A stretch of DNA of 57,535 bases, taken from NCBI GenBank assembly GCA_017561765.1, contig JAFZBM010000123.1, positions 1 to 57,535 of the forward strand, read 5' to 3'. Made by a program: the position numbers and the translations under genes. This document shows, one piece after another, positions 26,923 to 36,639 of this stretch. Source of the DNA: Bacteroidales bacterium (GTDB lineage Bacteria; Bacteroidota; Bacteroidia; Bacteroidales; UBA932). Each line of letters begins with the position of its first letter. The first letter of the stretch is position 1. A model generated the notes under the pieces. It made no database searches, was not told where the DNA came from, and worked only from the letters and a program-made list of their open reading frames with translations.

Positions 26923-27308
26923 CCGGTCCCCGCTTCTTCAAGGGTCCCGAGAACGAGGTTTTTCATTTCCTCTGGCGTCAAGATTCGCATCAAGTATTCC
27001 CCGTACCTCTTGACCTTTCTCCTCCAAATCATATCCCTCAGCGCCCGGAACCAACGACGATCTGGAACACCAAACAGGAGCATGGCGGCCATTCGCCCAA
27101 TCGGCTTGCATTTCGGCGCTATTGCAAGGGATTCCGAAACAGCATGTTCGAGGCTTCCTTTGGTTGACGGAAGTTCTGCTATCACCTCAGAAATGGCCAC
27201 GAGTGTTGCGAATGTCGGACGCGGAAGCGTGAATTTCCAGCATCCTGCCTTTATTTCAATCGGACGTTCGAAGACAACCGCAGCTGCATCAGATTCTATT
27301 CTCTTCAT
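26844..27308 (-). CDS. Tail assembly chaperone (gpG-like)
   Basis: Start MKRIESD; lies between the major tail and tape measure genes; slippery run near the 3' end. Confidence 0.7.
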   Translation of the reverse strand: MKRIESDAAAVVFERPIEIKAGCWKFTLPRPTFATLVAISEVIAELPSTKGSLEHAVSESLAIAPKCKPIGRMAAMLLFGVPDRRWFRALRDMIWRRKVKRYGEYLMRILTPEEMKNLVLGTLEEAGTGFFFGLTTSLIEVNILRRTKTEEVEQ

Positions 27309-27328
27309 TGGTTTGTAAATTATTAAGA

Positions 27329-27353
27329 CTGGCCGGGCCAATCACCCGGCCAG
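27329..27353 (-). terminator. Hairpin after the major tail gene
   Basis: CTGGCCGGG / CCCGGCCAG 9-bp stem followed by an AT-rich run on the minus strand. Confidence 0.55.
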
Positions 27354-27374
27354 ATCGTTTAGATTACAGCGCTG

Positions 27375-27905
27375 TTACGCAACACCGCTACCGCCGGAGT
27401 TCGCCGCCGGAGCTGGCTTCTTGAACCTGGTGTACCAGTTGGAATCCTCATCAATCTTGATGAAGTTGAAGATAAGGTCGAGGAAGTTACCTTCGCTGTC
27501 ACTCCAGCCGGGTTTACACTTGACAGAGGACAAGGGACACGTAATTCCCATAGCACCGACATTCTTCGGAGTGACCTTCACACCAAAGTTTTGAACGGGG
27601 ACATGGGTCTTGACGTTGAAGTCCGTGGTGTTCACCACCTCGCCCAAACCCAGAGTTTCGTAAAGCTCGTTGGTGGGCTCAATGACACGGACGGTAAGAC
27701 GCATACCGCCTTCGAGATCTTCGTGGCCGACCTCTTCACCGCCAGTTGCCTTCGCGGAGAGTTCGTCGCCATCTAAAGCCTCAAGAACAGCGGATTTGTC
27801 CTTGATTTTTCCCACGCTCGACAGAGAGGCGGGCATCGAGAAAGAGCCGGTAGCAATACCGATTTCGGTTTTGCACTTACTCCAGGCCATTATTACTCTT
27901 GGCAT
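27375..27905 (-). CDS. Major tail tube protein
   Basis: 176 aa, beta-rich, syntenic position. Confidence 0.7.
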   Translation of the reverse strand: MPRVIMAWSKCKTEIGIATGSFSMPASLSSVGKIKDKSAVLEALDGDELSAKATGGEEVGHEDLEGGMRLTVRVIEPTNELYETLGLGEVVNTTDFNVKTHVPVQNFGVKVTPKNVGAMGITCPLSSVKCKPGWSDSEGNFLDLIFNFIKIDEDSNWYTRFKKPAPAANSGGSGVA

Positions 27906-27910
27906 AGTCG

Positions 27911-28330
27911 TTAAGTATTAAAAGTTACACGATTAAACTTGATACTGATGTTTACAAAATGCTGACGGTTTTCATGGTTCAGATAATCCTTGGGCGCTTT
28001 TTCGAGGTCGAAATCATAATCCGTATCGAATTCGTTAAGCACACTCACCAAAGGCTCTCCGAGGGCAGACAGCTCCTGAATCCTTCCCCAGTCCGGGACA
28101 GGATGGCCGGAACCATTGTCAATGTCCGGCACATAGATGTTGACCTTTGCCCTGCCATCCTGAATTTGGCCTGACCCGGCGGCGGATACGGCGATAACCG
28201 CATCCTCCGCCTTGGAATTTAACGGCCGGCACTCTTTCTGGTACACTTGGCCGCCAATCCTTGTGGTCAGGAAACTTTCGATGGCATCGAACATATCCTG
28301 CTGAATCTGTGATGTGCCTTTCCTTGCCAT
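27911..28330 (-). CDS. Tail terminator / neck protein
   Basis: Size and synteny. Confidence 0.55.
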   Translation of the reverse strand: MARKGTSQIQQDMFDAIESFLTTRIGGQVYQKECRPLNSKAEDAVIAVSAAGSGQIQDGRAKVNIYVPDIDNGSGHPVPDWGRIQELSALGEPLVSVLNEFDTDYDFDLEKAPKDYLNHENRQHFVNISIKFNRVTFNT

Positions 28331-28770
28331 TATCTGATTCCGAGTTTGGAGAGCAGTTCATCCACCATTTCCCTGACGCGGATAGTCGCCGAATCGAGAA
28401 CGTCAAGGCCCATCGCCTCGACATATCCTGAATACTCCATACCGGCAACAATGATGAGTACGATGCCAGAAGGGTGCTCTTTAGCGAGCTGATGGAGGTA
28501 TTCCTTTCCCTTCGCAGCACCGGCTGCACCATCCTTGACTACCGTGAAACCGCCCTCGTGGACTATCTCGCCGTCACGCAGGATGCAATAGCCTATGGAG
28601 CTCGACAGGTTGCCGGTCTGGTCTTGATACTTATGGCTTTGGGATGCGATGCGGCAGACATCATCACCAACCTTGATAAAGCCGCTGATGATGCCCGCAA
28701 TAAGGGCGTCCGTCCTTTCGCGGACGTAACGCTCTTCGCTTCCTTTCGGTGTAATTCGATTGATTCCCAT
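28330..28770 (-). CDS. HK97 gp10-like neck protein
   Basis: DQTGNLSSSIGY and AGMEYSGYVE motifs. Confidence 0.65.
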   Translation of the reverse strand: MGINRITPKGSEERYVRERTDALIAGIISGFIKVGDDVCRIASQSHKYQDQTGNLSSSIGYCILRDGEIVHEGGFTVVKDGAAGAAKGKEYLHQLAKEHPSGIVLIIVAGMEYSGYVEAMGLDVLDSATIRVREMVDELLSKLGIR

Positions 28771-28773
28771 AGC

Positions 28774-29091
28774 CTATATCGTGATCAAGACCTGTTCTAC
28801 CATCAATAGCTTTTGTGCATTTTGGACGGTAAAGCGTCCGAGGTTCGTGCCGTCCGAATCGAATAGCTCGATATCCTCTGCATTGAACTCTTGAAGGTCG
28901 ATTCTGACCCTGTATGATGCCCTCGTGAAAAAGCTGTCCTCATCCTTTCCCTTCTTGTCTTTCTGGATGGTCTCGTAATGGCAGGCGATGCTGCTTCCGA
29001 GGATTTCGGAAACAGCGACGGGCTTCCCGCCAGAGAAGCCCCCGCCGGTCTTCTGGACCGTCCTGATATAGCCATTGGGGAAATAGATCAT
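28774..29091 (-). CDS. Head closure protein
   Basis: 105 aa, beta-rich, synteny. Confidence 0.5.
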   Translation of the reverse strand: MIYFPNGYIRTVQKTGGGFSGGKPVAVSEILGSSIACHYETIQKDKKGKDEDSFFTRASYRVRIDLQEFNAEDIELFDSDGTNLGRFTVQNAQKLLMVEQVLITI

Positions 29092-29411
29092 AGGAACGTT
29101 ACTTTCGGCTTTTTATTGAGTTCATCCTTAATTCCATAGTCCTTGCAGAGCTGGGCGTAAAAGTCGAGCAGATCCTTGTTGTCATAGGACACAGAAACGC
29201 CACCTTCAGATACGCTTTTGGGGCGGATTGTGCGACGGATGACGAGGGCGAGGCCCTGGGCCACCGTGCGCATATTGGAGCCCGTCACCAGCTCTTCTGC
29301 GTCAAGGCCGGTTTTTAGCTGCATCTCAAGCAGGTCGGCATCCAGAGGGGTGATTCCGAATTTCCCGACCTGCTGGGACACAAACTGTCTTACCGTCACA
29401 TTCATTGTCAT
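29088..29411 (-). CDS. Head-tail adaptor
   Basis: Start coupled to the capsid stop; SVSEGGVSVSY motif. Confidence 0.6.
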   Translation of the reverse strand: MTMNVTVRQFVSQQVGKFGITPLDADLLEMQLKTGLDAEELVTGSNMRTVAQGLALVIRRTIRPKSVSEGGVSVSYDNKDLLDFYAQLCKDYGIKDELNKKPKVTFL

Positions 29412-30502
29412 CAGGCGAATGCGGAGCAGTCGATAAGACCCATCCTGTTGGACTGATTGACATCGACAATCCAGTCGCATCCATACTCCATGAAACGGCC
29501 TTCCTTGGTACGCTCCGTTGCGATGAACAGGCCATTGTCGCGCTCCGTGTATGCCTTGGTAGGAATACGGTCGGAGAGCTCGTAAGGCCGACGATGGCGG
29601 AGATTGCCAATCTTGCCAGTAGGAAGGAGCGAGATTGCCCAGTTCGGGACTGCATTGAACGCGGTACCGTCTTGCTTGGTGATATAGACATCCTTCAACT
29701 TGATACGGTAAGGAATCTGGAGAGATTCGAACACGTTGTTGACGATGCTCGGGGGCAACAGCTTCGTGGATGCATCGATTTCGACGTTGGAGACCTTGGA
29801 CCGGAAGAAATCCTTGAACTCCGCGCAGGCAAGAATGGCATTGGTGAACGTAAATCGGTTCATCTCCAAAATCGTTGCGTCGCAGCCATATTGACGCAGG
29901 GTCGGGATGGCGTTGATCAGCAGAGAGAAGAATTTGTTCTTGTCGCTTGCGATAGGGACGATCTTATTCTTGCCAGTCTTGAACGGGAGGGTGATGGTGT
30001 TAATCTTGACACCGTTGTCGTCCACCTTGCTGCGGATGCTCGCTTCGCCAGTGAACTTTAGGTCGTTCAACATCAAGTCCATGCGCTTTTCGGGCGCGAG
30101 GGCGCACTGGCGGAAATCGTCAACGAGGAAGTTGATAACGGCCTCCATATCCTCCTGACGGCCAAGGCGGTTGAGCGTGTCAACAAGCACCTGAAGGCGA
30201 TCCAGGCGGTCGTTGTCCATCTGGTAGGATTCGCCGAGGCTTCCGACTTCGCCATATCCCTTGGTCATCGAACGCCGCTTGCGGACAGGCTTGTTCGCAT
30301 TGCGGTCGATGAAGGAGCCGACGATGACGGCGGTCTGGTTGCCAGAATAGGTCTTGAAAGTTCCGTCCGGGTTTGCGGGGAGCGGATCGAGGTACTCGGG
30401 CCAATCGACCCGGTCCGTATCCGATAGCGTAACCATTGCCCGGTTGATGACGATTGTCATAAAAACCGGGTTCGCGAGAATGGAATCAATAGTATAAACC
30501 AT
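29411..30502 (-). CDS. Major capsid protein
   Basis: 363 aa, follows the scaffold and decoration genes, precedes the adaptor. Confidence 0.75.
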   Translation of the reverse strand: MVYTIDSILANPVFMTIVINRAMVTLSDTDRVDWPEYLDPLPANPDGTFKTYSGNQTAVIVGSFIDRNANKPVRKRRSMTKGYGEVGSLGESYQMDNDRLDRLQVLVDTLNRLGRQEDMEAVINFLVDDFRQCALAPEKRMDLMLNDLKFTGEASIRSKVDDNGVKINTITLPFKTGKNKIVPIASDKNKFFSLLINAIPTLRQYGCDATILEMNRFTFTNAILACAEFKDFFRSKVSNVEIDASTKLLPPSIVNNVFESLQIPYRIKLKDVYITKQDGTAFNAVPNWAISLLPTGKIGNLRHRRPYELSDRIPTKAYTERDNGLFIATERTKEGRFMEYGCDWIVDVNQSNRMGLIDCSAFA

Positions 30503-30517
30503 AGTTCTTTCCTCCTT

Positions 30518-31321
30518 TTACTCGAACATGAAACGGGAAGTGAGGGAAGCCTTGTCGGCCTCGGTCACTGGAATGTAGAGGTCTGCCTCCTTGATCTCGT
30601 AGGCGCGGTAGAGCGCGGTGATGGTCGCTCCCGCCTCGATCTTGGTACGCGCATAGTTCAGCGCGGTAGCCGTGTGAATGGCCTTGGGAGAGCTGCCCGT
30701 CTTTTCCTCGATAACGTCGCCCGCTGTGAGGGCAGCGGTAAGGGCGGCGACGGTGAGAGTGTCATAGTCGGCACGGGACGTGTCCACTGCGGAAACAGTG
30801 ATGTCGTTGGTGCCATCGGAGAGAGTGCAGGCCCCGGTGATGCCGGAACCCTTCGCAATCTTCACGGAGGTGGCTTCAGCGGCTGCGTTGGCAATGACCT
30901 TCGCGGCGAGCTTCTCAAGGGTGACTTCGGAAAGAACGGCGCCCTTGGCAATTGCTGCGGAAAGCGCAGAGACGGTCAGCTCGTCGTAAGCCTCTTCCGA
31001 GGCATCGACGGCAGATACGATCACTACGATACCGGCGGAGAGAAGGGCGAACGTGCCTACCTTGGCAAAGCTACCCTTCGCAATCTTGATGGAGGTCGCG
31101 GCTGCGGCTGCCGCCTCGACCACCTTGAGGTTGTTTACCACATAGGCCTTGCGATTGGCATAGTCTATCTGGAGAGGGCACAATACGGGGACAAACTTCT
31201 TTTCAGGAAGCCCGACGGTGTCAAGATTGAAACCACCCTGCGACCGATAGCCGGAATCCACCGCATACAGTTCCCGCTCGACCTCAAATGGATCAGTTTC
31301 GTAAATAACTCCTGCTGCCAT
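30518..31321 (-). CDS. Head decoration protein with internal tandem duplication
   Basis: Two approximately 70-aa units KV..AAA.ATS.KIAKGS...VSAVD.S...YD.LTV. Confidence 0.6.
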   Translation of the reverse strand: MAAGVIYETDPFEVERELYAVDSGYRSQGGFNLDTVGLPEKKFVPVLCPLQIDYANRKAYVVNNLKVVEAAAAAATSIKIAKGSFAKVGTFALLSAGIVVIVSAVDASEEAYDELTVSALSAAIAKGAVLSEVTLEKLAAKVIANAAAEATSVKIAKGSGITGACTLSDGTNDITVSAVDTSRADYDTLTVAALTAALTAGDVIEEKTGSSPKAIHTATALNYARTKIEAGATITALYRAYEIKEADLYIPVTEADKASLTSRFMFE

Positions 31322-31336
31322 GTTGCTTTTGGTTGA

Positions 31337-32026
31337 TTAGGATTTGGTTGCTTTTGCCGCAAGTTCATTGTTCTTCTCCTCTGCGGCTTTCAGGAGGGGG
31401 TCATCATCGCCCTGCTGGCCCTCGCCAGATCCGGGCTGACGATTGCCTGAATGATTGGCGTTCGCCACGGCCTGTTCATCATCCTTGAAGGATTTATCCA
31501 CGGTTTCGGCAAAAGCCTTCACCTCGTCCTCATCCTTGAATGTCCTGCCGCTGATGATGGGCAGGTAGAATGATTCACGCACCCCTTTTTCCTTGAGGAT
31601 GGATGCAAGGGTGGTCCCGAAACCCTGCTGCTTCTCGCGGTTTTCCTTTTCGGCTTCCCGCTTCTCGTAATCGTCGAAGCGCTTGTTGAGTTTCTTCGCC
31701 CACTCCGGCTCTTCCTCACCTGCTTTTGAAGTTTGCGGTTGCCTTTGTTCTCCAGATGTGCCCCCGTTGACCTTTTCTCCGTCCTTCAAGCCGTACTTTG
31801 TCTCGTAGTCGGTCACAGCCTTTGCGCTGGCCGTCTGCACCGCATTGTTAACCCTGAAGTCCGAATAGGCCTCCATCACCTGGGAGGTCGTAACGGCGTC
31901 GACTGCCGTCTGAACGTCCTCCTCCTTTGTCGTTGTCTTGGCGAGCTGGCGCGCCATAGGCTCCAACCATTTGGCATCTACCCCGGGGAATTTCCGTTGC
32001 AGTGCCTCAAGAATGATTTTGAACAT
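31337..32026 (-). CDS. Capsid scaffolding protein
   Basis: Start MFKIILEAL; charged helical protein with PEWAK motif, upstream of the capsid genes. Confidence 0.7.
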   Translation of the reverse strand: MFKIILEALQRKFPGVDAKWLEPMARQLAKTTTKEEDVQTAVDAVTTSQVMEAYSDFRVNNAVQTASAKAVTDYETKYGLKDGEKVNGGTSGEQRQPQTSKAGEEEPEWAKKLNKRFDDYEKREAEKENREKQQGFGTTLASILKEKGVRESFYLPIISGRTFKDEDEVKAFAETVDKSFKDDEQAVANANHSGNRQPGSGEGQQGDDDPLLKAAEEKNNELAAKATKS

Positions 32027-32142
32027 AACTGTACAATTTTGTTTCAGTGAACGATTGTCACAAAAATAGGAAGCGACGAACGGGAGAAACAGGATTCGGG
32101 GCCAACATTGGTGAATGTCTATGGTGGCGTTCACCAATTAGC

Positions 32143-32169
32143 AAAAAGGCCGCACCTGAAGGTACGGCC
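32143..32169 (-). terminator. Rho-independent terminator after the portal gene
   Basis: Minus strand GGCCGTACC-TTCA-GGTGCGGCC-TTTTT. Confidence 0.7.
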
Positions 32170-32226
32170 CTCGCCCCGGTATGGGGATGAACAAACAGAA
32201 AAATGAAAGGTCCGCGACCGCGGATT

Positions 32227-33732
32227 TTATCTATTCATCTGGCGTTTCTCTTTTTTTTCGGCAGGTTGTTTTTCTGCTGACTCGGACTGCTCTTTGTCGA
32301 TCTGCTTTATTTCCTCTTCCACCTGATCCGTCATCCCGATGAAGATGATTCCACTCTTCCGGCTCATGAAGGACGCATCCTTCGCCATCTTCGCGATTTC
32401 CAGCTTCTCTTTAATGTTCTCAATCGAGTACGGCTCAATCTCCACGGTTATCTCAATTGAATCGGCCGCCTTTTTCAGCGCGGGACAAATGGAGCCTACG
32501 GCGGAAACAAGGAAGTTATATCGCCGCTGTAGGAATTCACCGACAGTTTCAGCATGGTTGTCAACGGCAAGCAGCGTGGACATAAACATATACTTAAACG
32601 CAATTCCAGAGGCCATCTGTCCGAGGCTCTTCATGTTTTCAAAGGTGATTCGCGGGGTTGAAGTCATCCCATAGATGTTTTCAAGCAGCGTCGTTATCTC
32701 CAGCTTGATTGATTCGGGTGTCTGGTCCCAGGTGAGATAATATGCTTTCCCATCTTCTTCAATTTTTAGCATCCTCCGTCGCTCATCCTGATTGCCCAGC
32801 CCGGCCTCTCCGGCGATCTCGCCTTCAAGGATAAGATAGGGGAAGAAATGATAATCGATGCAATCCCCGTAGTCCGACAGCAGCTTCTCAAGTCGTGCGC
32901 GAAGCGACTTGATCTTGTGGCAAAGGCTCTGTTCACGTTCAATGTACAGACAGGGGATTTTCGGGAAGTGGTGGTCAAAACTCTTTGTTTTATCGAGCGA
33001 CCAAACATTGTTTTCCTGCCTCCAGACAAACACCGAATTGTTCGTGACAGTCTGGAAATAGTTGATACGCTTCCTCCCATCAAGAGTGTATTCAGTTACA
33101 GTATATGCGCGGCTCTGGGCAACGTAGTCACCCGTCTCATCATAAAACGGATAAAGCGTATCGCCCCTAAATGGCGACCAGATTGCGCAGCGCAGTTTAT
33201 TGAACGGCTTTGTGTTGCCGAAGAGCTTCCGTATCTTGGCGGCAATCTTTTCCCAGAAACCGAGGTCTCGCTTCTCATACCAGTATTCGACAGCCTCTTT
33301 TTCGGAGAACCATGAGCGGACTATGCGTTTATTCTGGTAGCGTATTTTATTGTCACGGTTGATGGTCTGTATGACGGAATACAGGTCGTCTTCGGACTGA
33401 TTGTTTGCCTTGTAGTTCAATTTCGGGTCTTTTCCGACAGTAAAGGCTGTGTGGATGTTGACAATATCCTGCTCAATCGGCAGGGCTACGCGGTTCACGT
33501 CCTCCTCCTGGTACACGGCCGGCTTGATGATCTTTCCGTTTTCGCCGACCTCAGCTTCCGATACAAGAACTTTCCGCTTCTTGCGGATGGATGGATTCAT
33601 AACGTCGTGGCGGTCGGGATCCCACTCATCGAGCAGTTCCTTGACCTTTGGAAGAGAAGTCTTCCGATGGGCTTTGAGCAGGGATATTTTCTTGGAAATA
33701 TCTTCAACTGCAAGGATTTCTTCAAGTGTCAT
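32227..33732 (-). CDS. Portal protein (SPP1 gp6-like)
   Basis: 501 aa directly after the large terminase; AYYLTWDQ and SGIAFKYMF motifs. Confidence 0.85.
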   Translation of the reverse strand: MTLEEILAVEDISKKISLLKAHRKTSLPKVKELLDEWDPDRHDVMNPSIRKKRKVLVSEAEVGENGKIIKPAVYQEEDVNRVALPIEQDIVNIHTAFTVGKDPKLNYKANNQSEDDLYSVIQTINRDNKIRYQNKRIVRSWFSEKEAVEYWYEKRDLGFWEKIAAKIRKLFGNTKPFNKLRCAIWSPFRGDTLYPFYDETGDYVAQSRAYTVTEYTLDGRKRINYFQTVTNNSVFVWRQENNVWSLDKTKSFDHHFPKIPCLYIEREQSLCHKIKSLRARLEKLLSDYGDCIDYHFFPYLILEGEIAGEAGLGNQDERRRMLKIEEDGKAYYLTWDQTPESIKLEITTLLENIYGMTSTPRITFENMKSLGQMASGIAFKYMFMSTLLAVDNHAETVGEFLQRRYNFLVSAVGSICPALKKAADSIEITVEIEPYSIENIKEKLEIAKMAKDASFMSRKSGIIFIGMTDQVEEEIKQIDKEQSESAEKQPAEKKEKRQMNR

Positions 33733-33754
33733 TTCTATGCGGATTATTTGATGA

Positions 33755-34966
33755 TTATCTTATCGCCCCGTCCGGGGTCGGTCTGGTTCTGTTCTTTCCC
33801 ATCAGTTTCATAAGGCATACATAGCGCACACCGTCGATGATGTGGTTATAGTCATCAACCGGCTCGTTGAGCCACTTGCCGTCAGCATCCTGCTGATATG
33901 TGTAATTCTTGAATTCCTTCTGGGCGTTGAGGGAGCGGGCCGTAATGTATATCTTCTGGCACCCTTTCATAAAGTCGATGCCGGCCACGACAGACTTCGC
34001 ATATTTCTTGACAGGACGGATTTTCAAACCGCCTTGCCGCAGTTCTTTGCATAGGCGGGGGTCGGCTGATTCACTGATGATATCTATCGGTTTGAGGAGT
34101 TTCTTCCCGGCCTTGATGATATCCTTGGAAGTCATATCGGTCTGGTAGAACTTCTCATCGATGTAGAGGCAATTCTTGTAGAATCCCACTTCTGCGGCGG
34201 CAGTAGGGTCATGCGTGAATCCAAAATCGAGACAGTTCCAGCGCTTCGTCACCCAAGGCGGGATGCTGTCAATGATCTCCCAGTTCGAGAAGATGAGGCC
34301 CTCGATGGTGGCACGCAGTCCAAGGCCATATATCTTCCATTTGCGGATGTCCACGGTACCGTTGGCGTAGTTCTCCTCGGTCGGCTCGTATGAGAGAATC
34401 TTGCGGCGGGAATTATCCGGGATGAACGGATTGTCCAGCATCGTGCTATGGTCAAAGTAGCAATCCGGGCGCGGGCAGACAGTATCATAAATCCAGTGCT
34501 CTTCAGCGCTGGGGTTGTAGTCGAGGATGGAGAAACGCGAGGTGCGCTGCTCCAGCTGGTCAAAATCATCCTTGGTAGCCTCCATCGCCTCGTTAATCCA
34601 GAAGATGTCGCAGGTGAGGCCGTGGAGCTTCTGAACTTCGTCCAAGCCGATGAACTCAAACGTCGTGGTACCGAGCTGAATTATTTTCAGCGTCTTATTG
34701 ATGCGACAGTATGGAAAAAGCCCCAGACTGATGAGGATTATCTTGAAGTCGTTCCAGACAGTTGACTGCAACCACGTCGCCCTCTTGCGGGCAATGATGA
34801 CGCGGTTTGGCGTGTCCTGATGCGTCAGGGCATATTGAATGAAAAACTGGATGATGGAATATGTCTTCGAGCTTCGTGAGCCTCCCTCGAACACAAAGAC
34901 ATGATAAATCGCCAGCTGAAATGCTGTGATGAGACGCGCAAGAATGGGCGTTCCGTCAATATTCAG
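33755..34966 (-). CDS. terL: Terminase large subunit (start uncertain, possibly CTG)
   Basis: Walker A GGSRSSKT, Walker B FWINEA, nuclease motifs LDFGFTHDP and NHIIDGVRY. Confidence 0.9.
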   Translation of the reverse strand: MNIDGTPILARLITAFQLAIYHVFVFEGGSRSSKTYSIIQFFIQYALTHQDTPNRVIIARKRATWLQSTVWNDFKIILISLGLFPYCRINKTLKIIQLGTTTFEFIGLDEVQKLHGLTCDIFWINEAMEATKDDFDQLEQRTSRFSILDYNPSAEEHWIYDTVCPRPDCYFDHSTMLDNPFIPDNSRRKILSYEPTEENYANGTVDIRKWKIYGLGLRATIEGLIFSNWEIIDSIPPWVTKRWNCLDFGFTHDPTAAAEVGFYKNCLYIDEKFYQTDMTSKDIIKAGKKLLKPIDIISESADPRLCKELRQGGLKIRPVKKYAKSVVAGIDFMKGCQKIYITARSLNAQKEFKNYTYQQDADGKWLNEPVDDYNHIIDGVRYVCLMKLMGKNRTRPTPDGAIR

Positions 34967-34973
34967 CTCGCGG

Positions 34974-35774
34974 TTATTGGCTCGGCTTCTTGAATTTTTC
35001 CTGTAGTGCCAGGTCTTCTTTCTGGTTGTAGGTTATGCGGATGTTTACCGCAGTAGGCAGGCCGCTGTCACCGCCTGCGGCAGCTGCCTCTGCCTCTTCG
35101 CGCTTCTTGCGCAGGATATTATCGCGCCATTCAGGATCGTTGTTATAGAGGAACGTGGCAAGAGCCTGCATATTCGGCGCTATCTCCATTTCGGATTCTT
35201 CTGTAATCACCTTATCCGTGAGATAGTACCAGCCGGTACCACCACACCGCTTGCAATCGTCCTTGGGAGACATATCGTTTTCGAAACAGCAAGGACAGCG
35301 CTTCTGAACTGCGTTGCGCCGGACAATGGATGTCTTGCGCTGGCCAAGGGCCATCTGGTAGTATGTGGAACGGGCCGCTTGCAAGATGCCTGACCGCCCG
35401 CGTGCTAAGGCTTGATTTATTGATTTTGCTCGCTCGGTCGGCTCGCCCTTGTCATCCTGCTCGTTTTTGAACCGGCTAAATGTTTCTGGAGCAAGACCTT
35501 TTCCGAATTTATCTGCGAGACCATAGGCTATAGAAGCATCAGAATATCCCGCATTGGCAAGTTCTTCGATGGCAGTATAAAACTCTTGGCTATCATAGTC
35601 AAATTTAAGTTTGGGGGCGGGCCTCTTTCTTGTTTTCTTTTTGGAAGCTGTCTTTGAGCGAGGATCAGGAGAAGCAGGCGCAACAATATCGGAAGCCTTC
35701 CTTTCTTTTTTTTTAGCTTCCTGCTTTGACTTCGATGAAGCCATATTATTCTTATTAGCTTCTGCCATTATCAA
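34974..35774 (-). CDS. Probable terminase small subunit with Cys-rich insert
   Basis: Upstream of terL; HTH-like region and CPCC...CKRCGGTG. Confidence 0.6.
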   Translation of the reverse strand: MIMAEANKNNMASSKSKQEAKKKERKASDIVAPASPDPRSKTASKKKTRKRPAPKLKFDYDSQEFYTAIEELANAGYSDASIAYGLADKFGKGLAPETFSRFKNEQDDKGEPTERAKSINQALARGRSGILQAARSTYYQMALGQRKTSIVRRNAVQKRCPCCFENDMSPKDDCKRCGGTGWYYLTDKVITEESEMEIAPNMQALATFLYNNDPEWRDNILRKKREEAEAAAAGGDSGLPTAVNIRITYNQKEDLALQEKFKKPSQ

Positions 35775-35845
35775 GTATTACCTGCTTTTTATCTTAAGAT
35801 AATATCCTTCTAACGCGCGTGAGCGTATGCGCACGTGAACTCCGC

Positions 35846-36589
35846 TCAATCTACACGTTCTATCCTTTCCGAGAAAATGTCACCGCTGATGAATTTCTCG
35901 TCCACAGCATAGCCAAACCTCTCGCAGAACTCCGCCTTTGCCGCAGCCGTTGTGAACGATAGGGTTATGAACGTGTCGGCTTCGGCGGCTTTCGCTGCGG
36001 CTTTCTCCGCCACCTGCTGCTTCACGGCTTTCACAGCTTCTTTCCGGGCGGCTTTCAGCTCTTCCACGGGCTTCTGCGCGTCCTCGATGGCTTTCTTGAT
36101 TTCGCCCACCTTCGGGACATCGATTTTCACTCCGAACGCAGCAAGGTCCAGATTGCTGAAACCGGCCCTCTTGGGGTCAATCTGCGGGATGAGCAACTTC
36201 ACCTTCGATTCGTTCCACCGACCTTGGGCGGACGGATTGTTCATAAAGAAGTTGATTTCGATTTCCGTTTTCTGGTCCACGTCGATGAGTTCGACCTTCA
36301 GCTCGTAGTCGTGCTCGGGATAACCGGCCATTTCGTCAAGCAGGCTCACCTTCTGGTGGCCGGAAACGATGGTGTAGCCCGTCTGCTTGTTCACCACGAT
36401 GCCACCAAGGAGGCCGAAGTTTTTCAGGCCCTTCTTCAGGGTGCTCCTCTCATTCTCTCCGATCTCGCGGGGGTTGTAATCGGCGGGGTGTATCTGCGAG
36501 CGCATCAGGGTGACTGTCTCGGATGCGGTCAGTATCTTTTGCAGCCATTCGGGGATGCCGCCATCAGCGGACTTGCCTTTCTTTGCCAT
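35846..36589 (-). CDS. ParB/Srx-like N-terminal domain protein
   Basis: PADYNPR...GLLGGIVVN...IVSGHQ. Confidence 0.8.
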   Translation of the reverse strand: MAKKGKSADGGIPEWLQKILTASETVTLMRSQIHPADYNPREIGENERSTLKKGLKNFGLLGGIVVNKQTGYTIVSGHQKVSLLDEMAGYPEHDYELKVELIDVDQKTEIEINFFMNNPSAQGRWNESKVKLLIPQIDPKRAGFSNLDLAAFGVKIDVPKVGEIKKAIEDAQKPVEELKAARKEAVKAVKQQVAEKAAAKAAEADTFITLSFTTAAAKAEFCERFGYAVDEKFISGDIFSERIERVD

Positions 36590-36639
36590 AGATAATTGTA
36601 TTTAAGATATTATATTACTATTCTTCGGAATATGTACAT

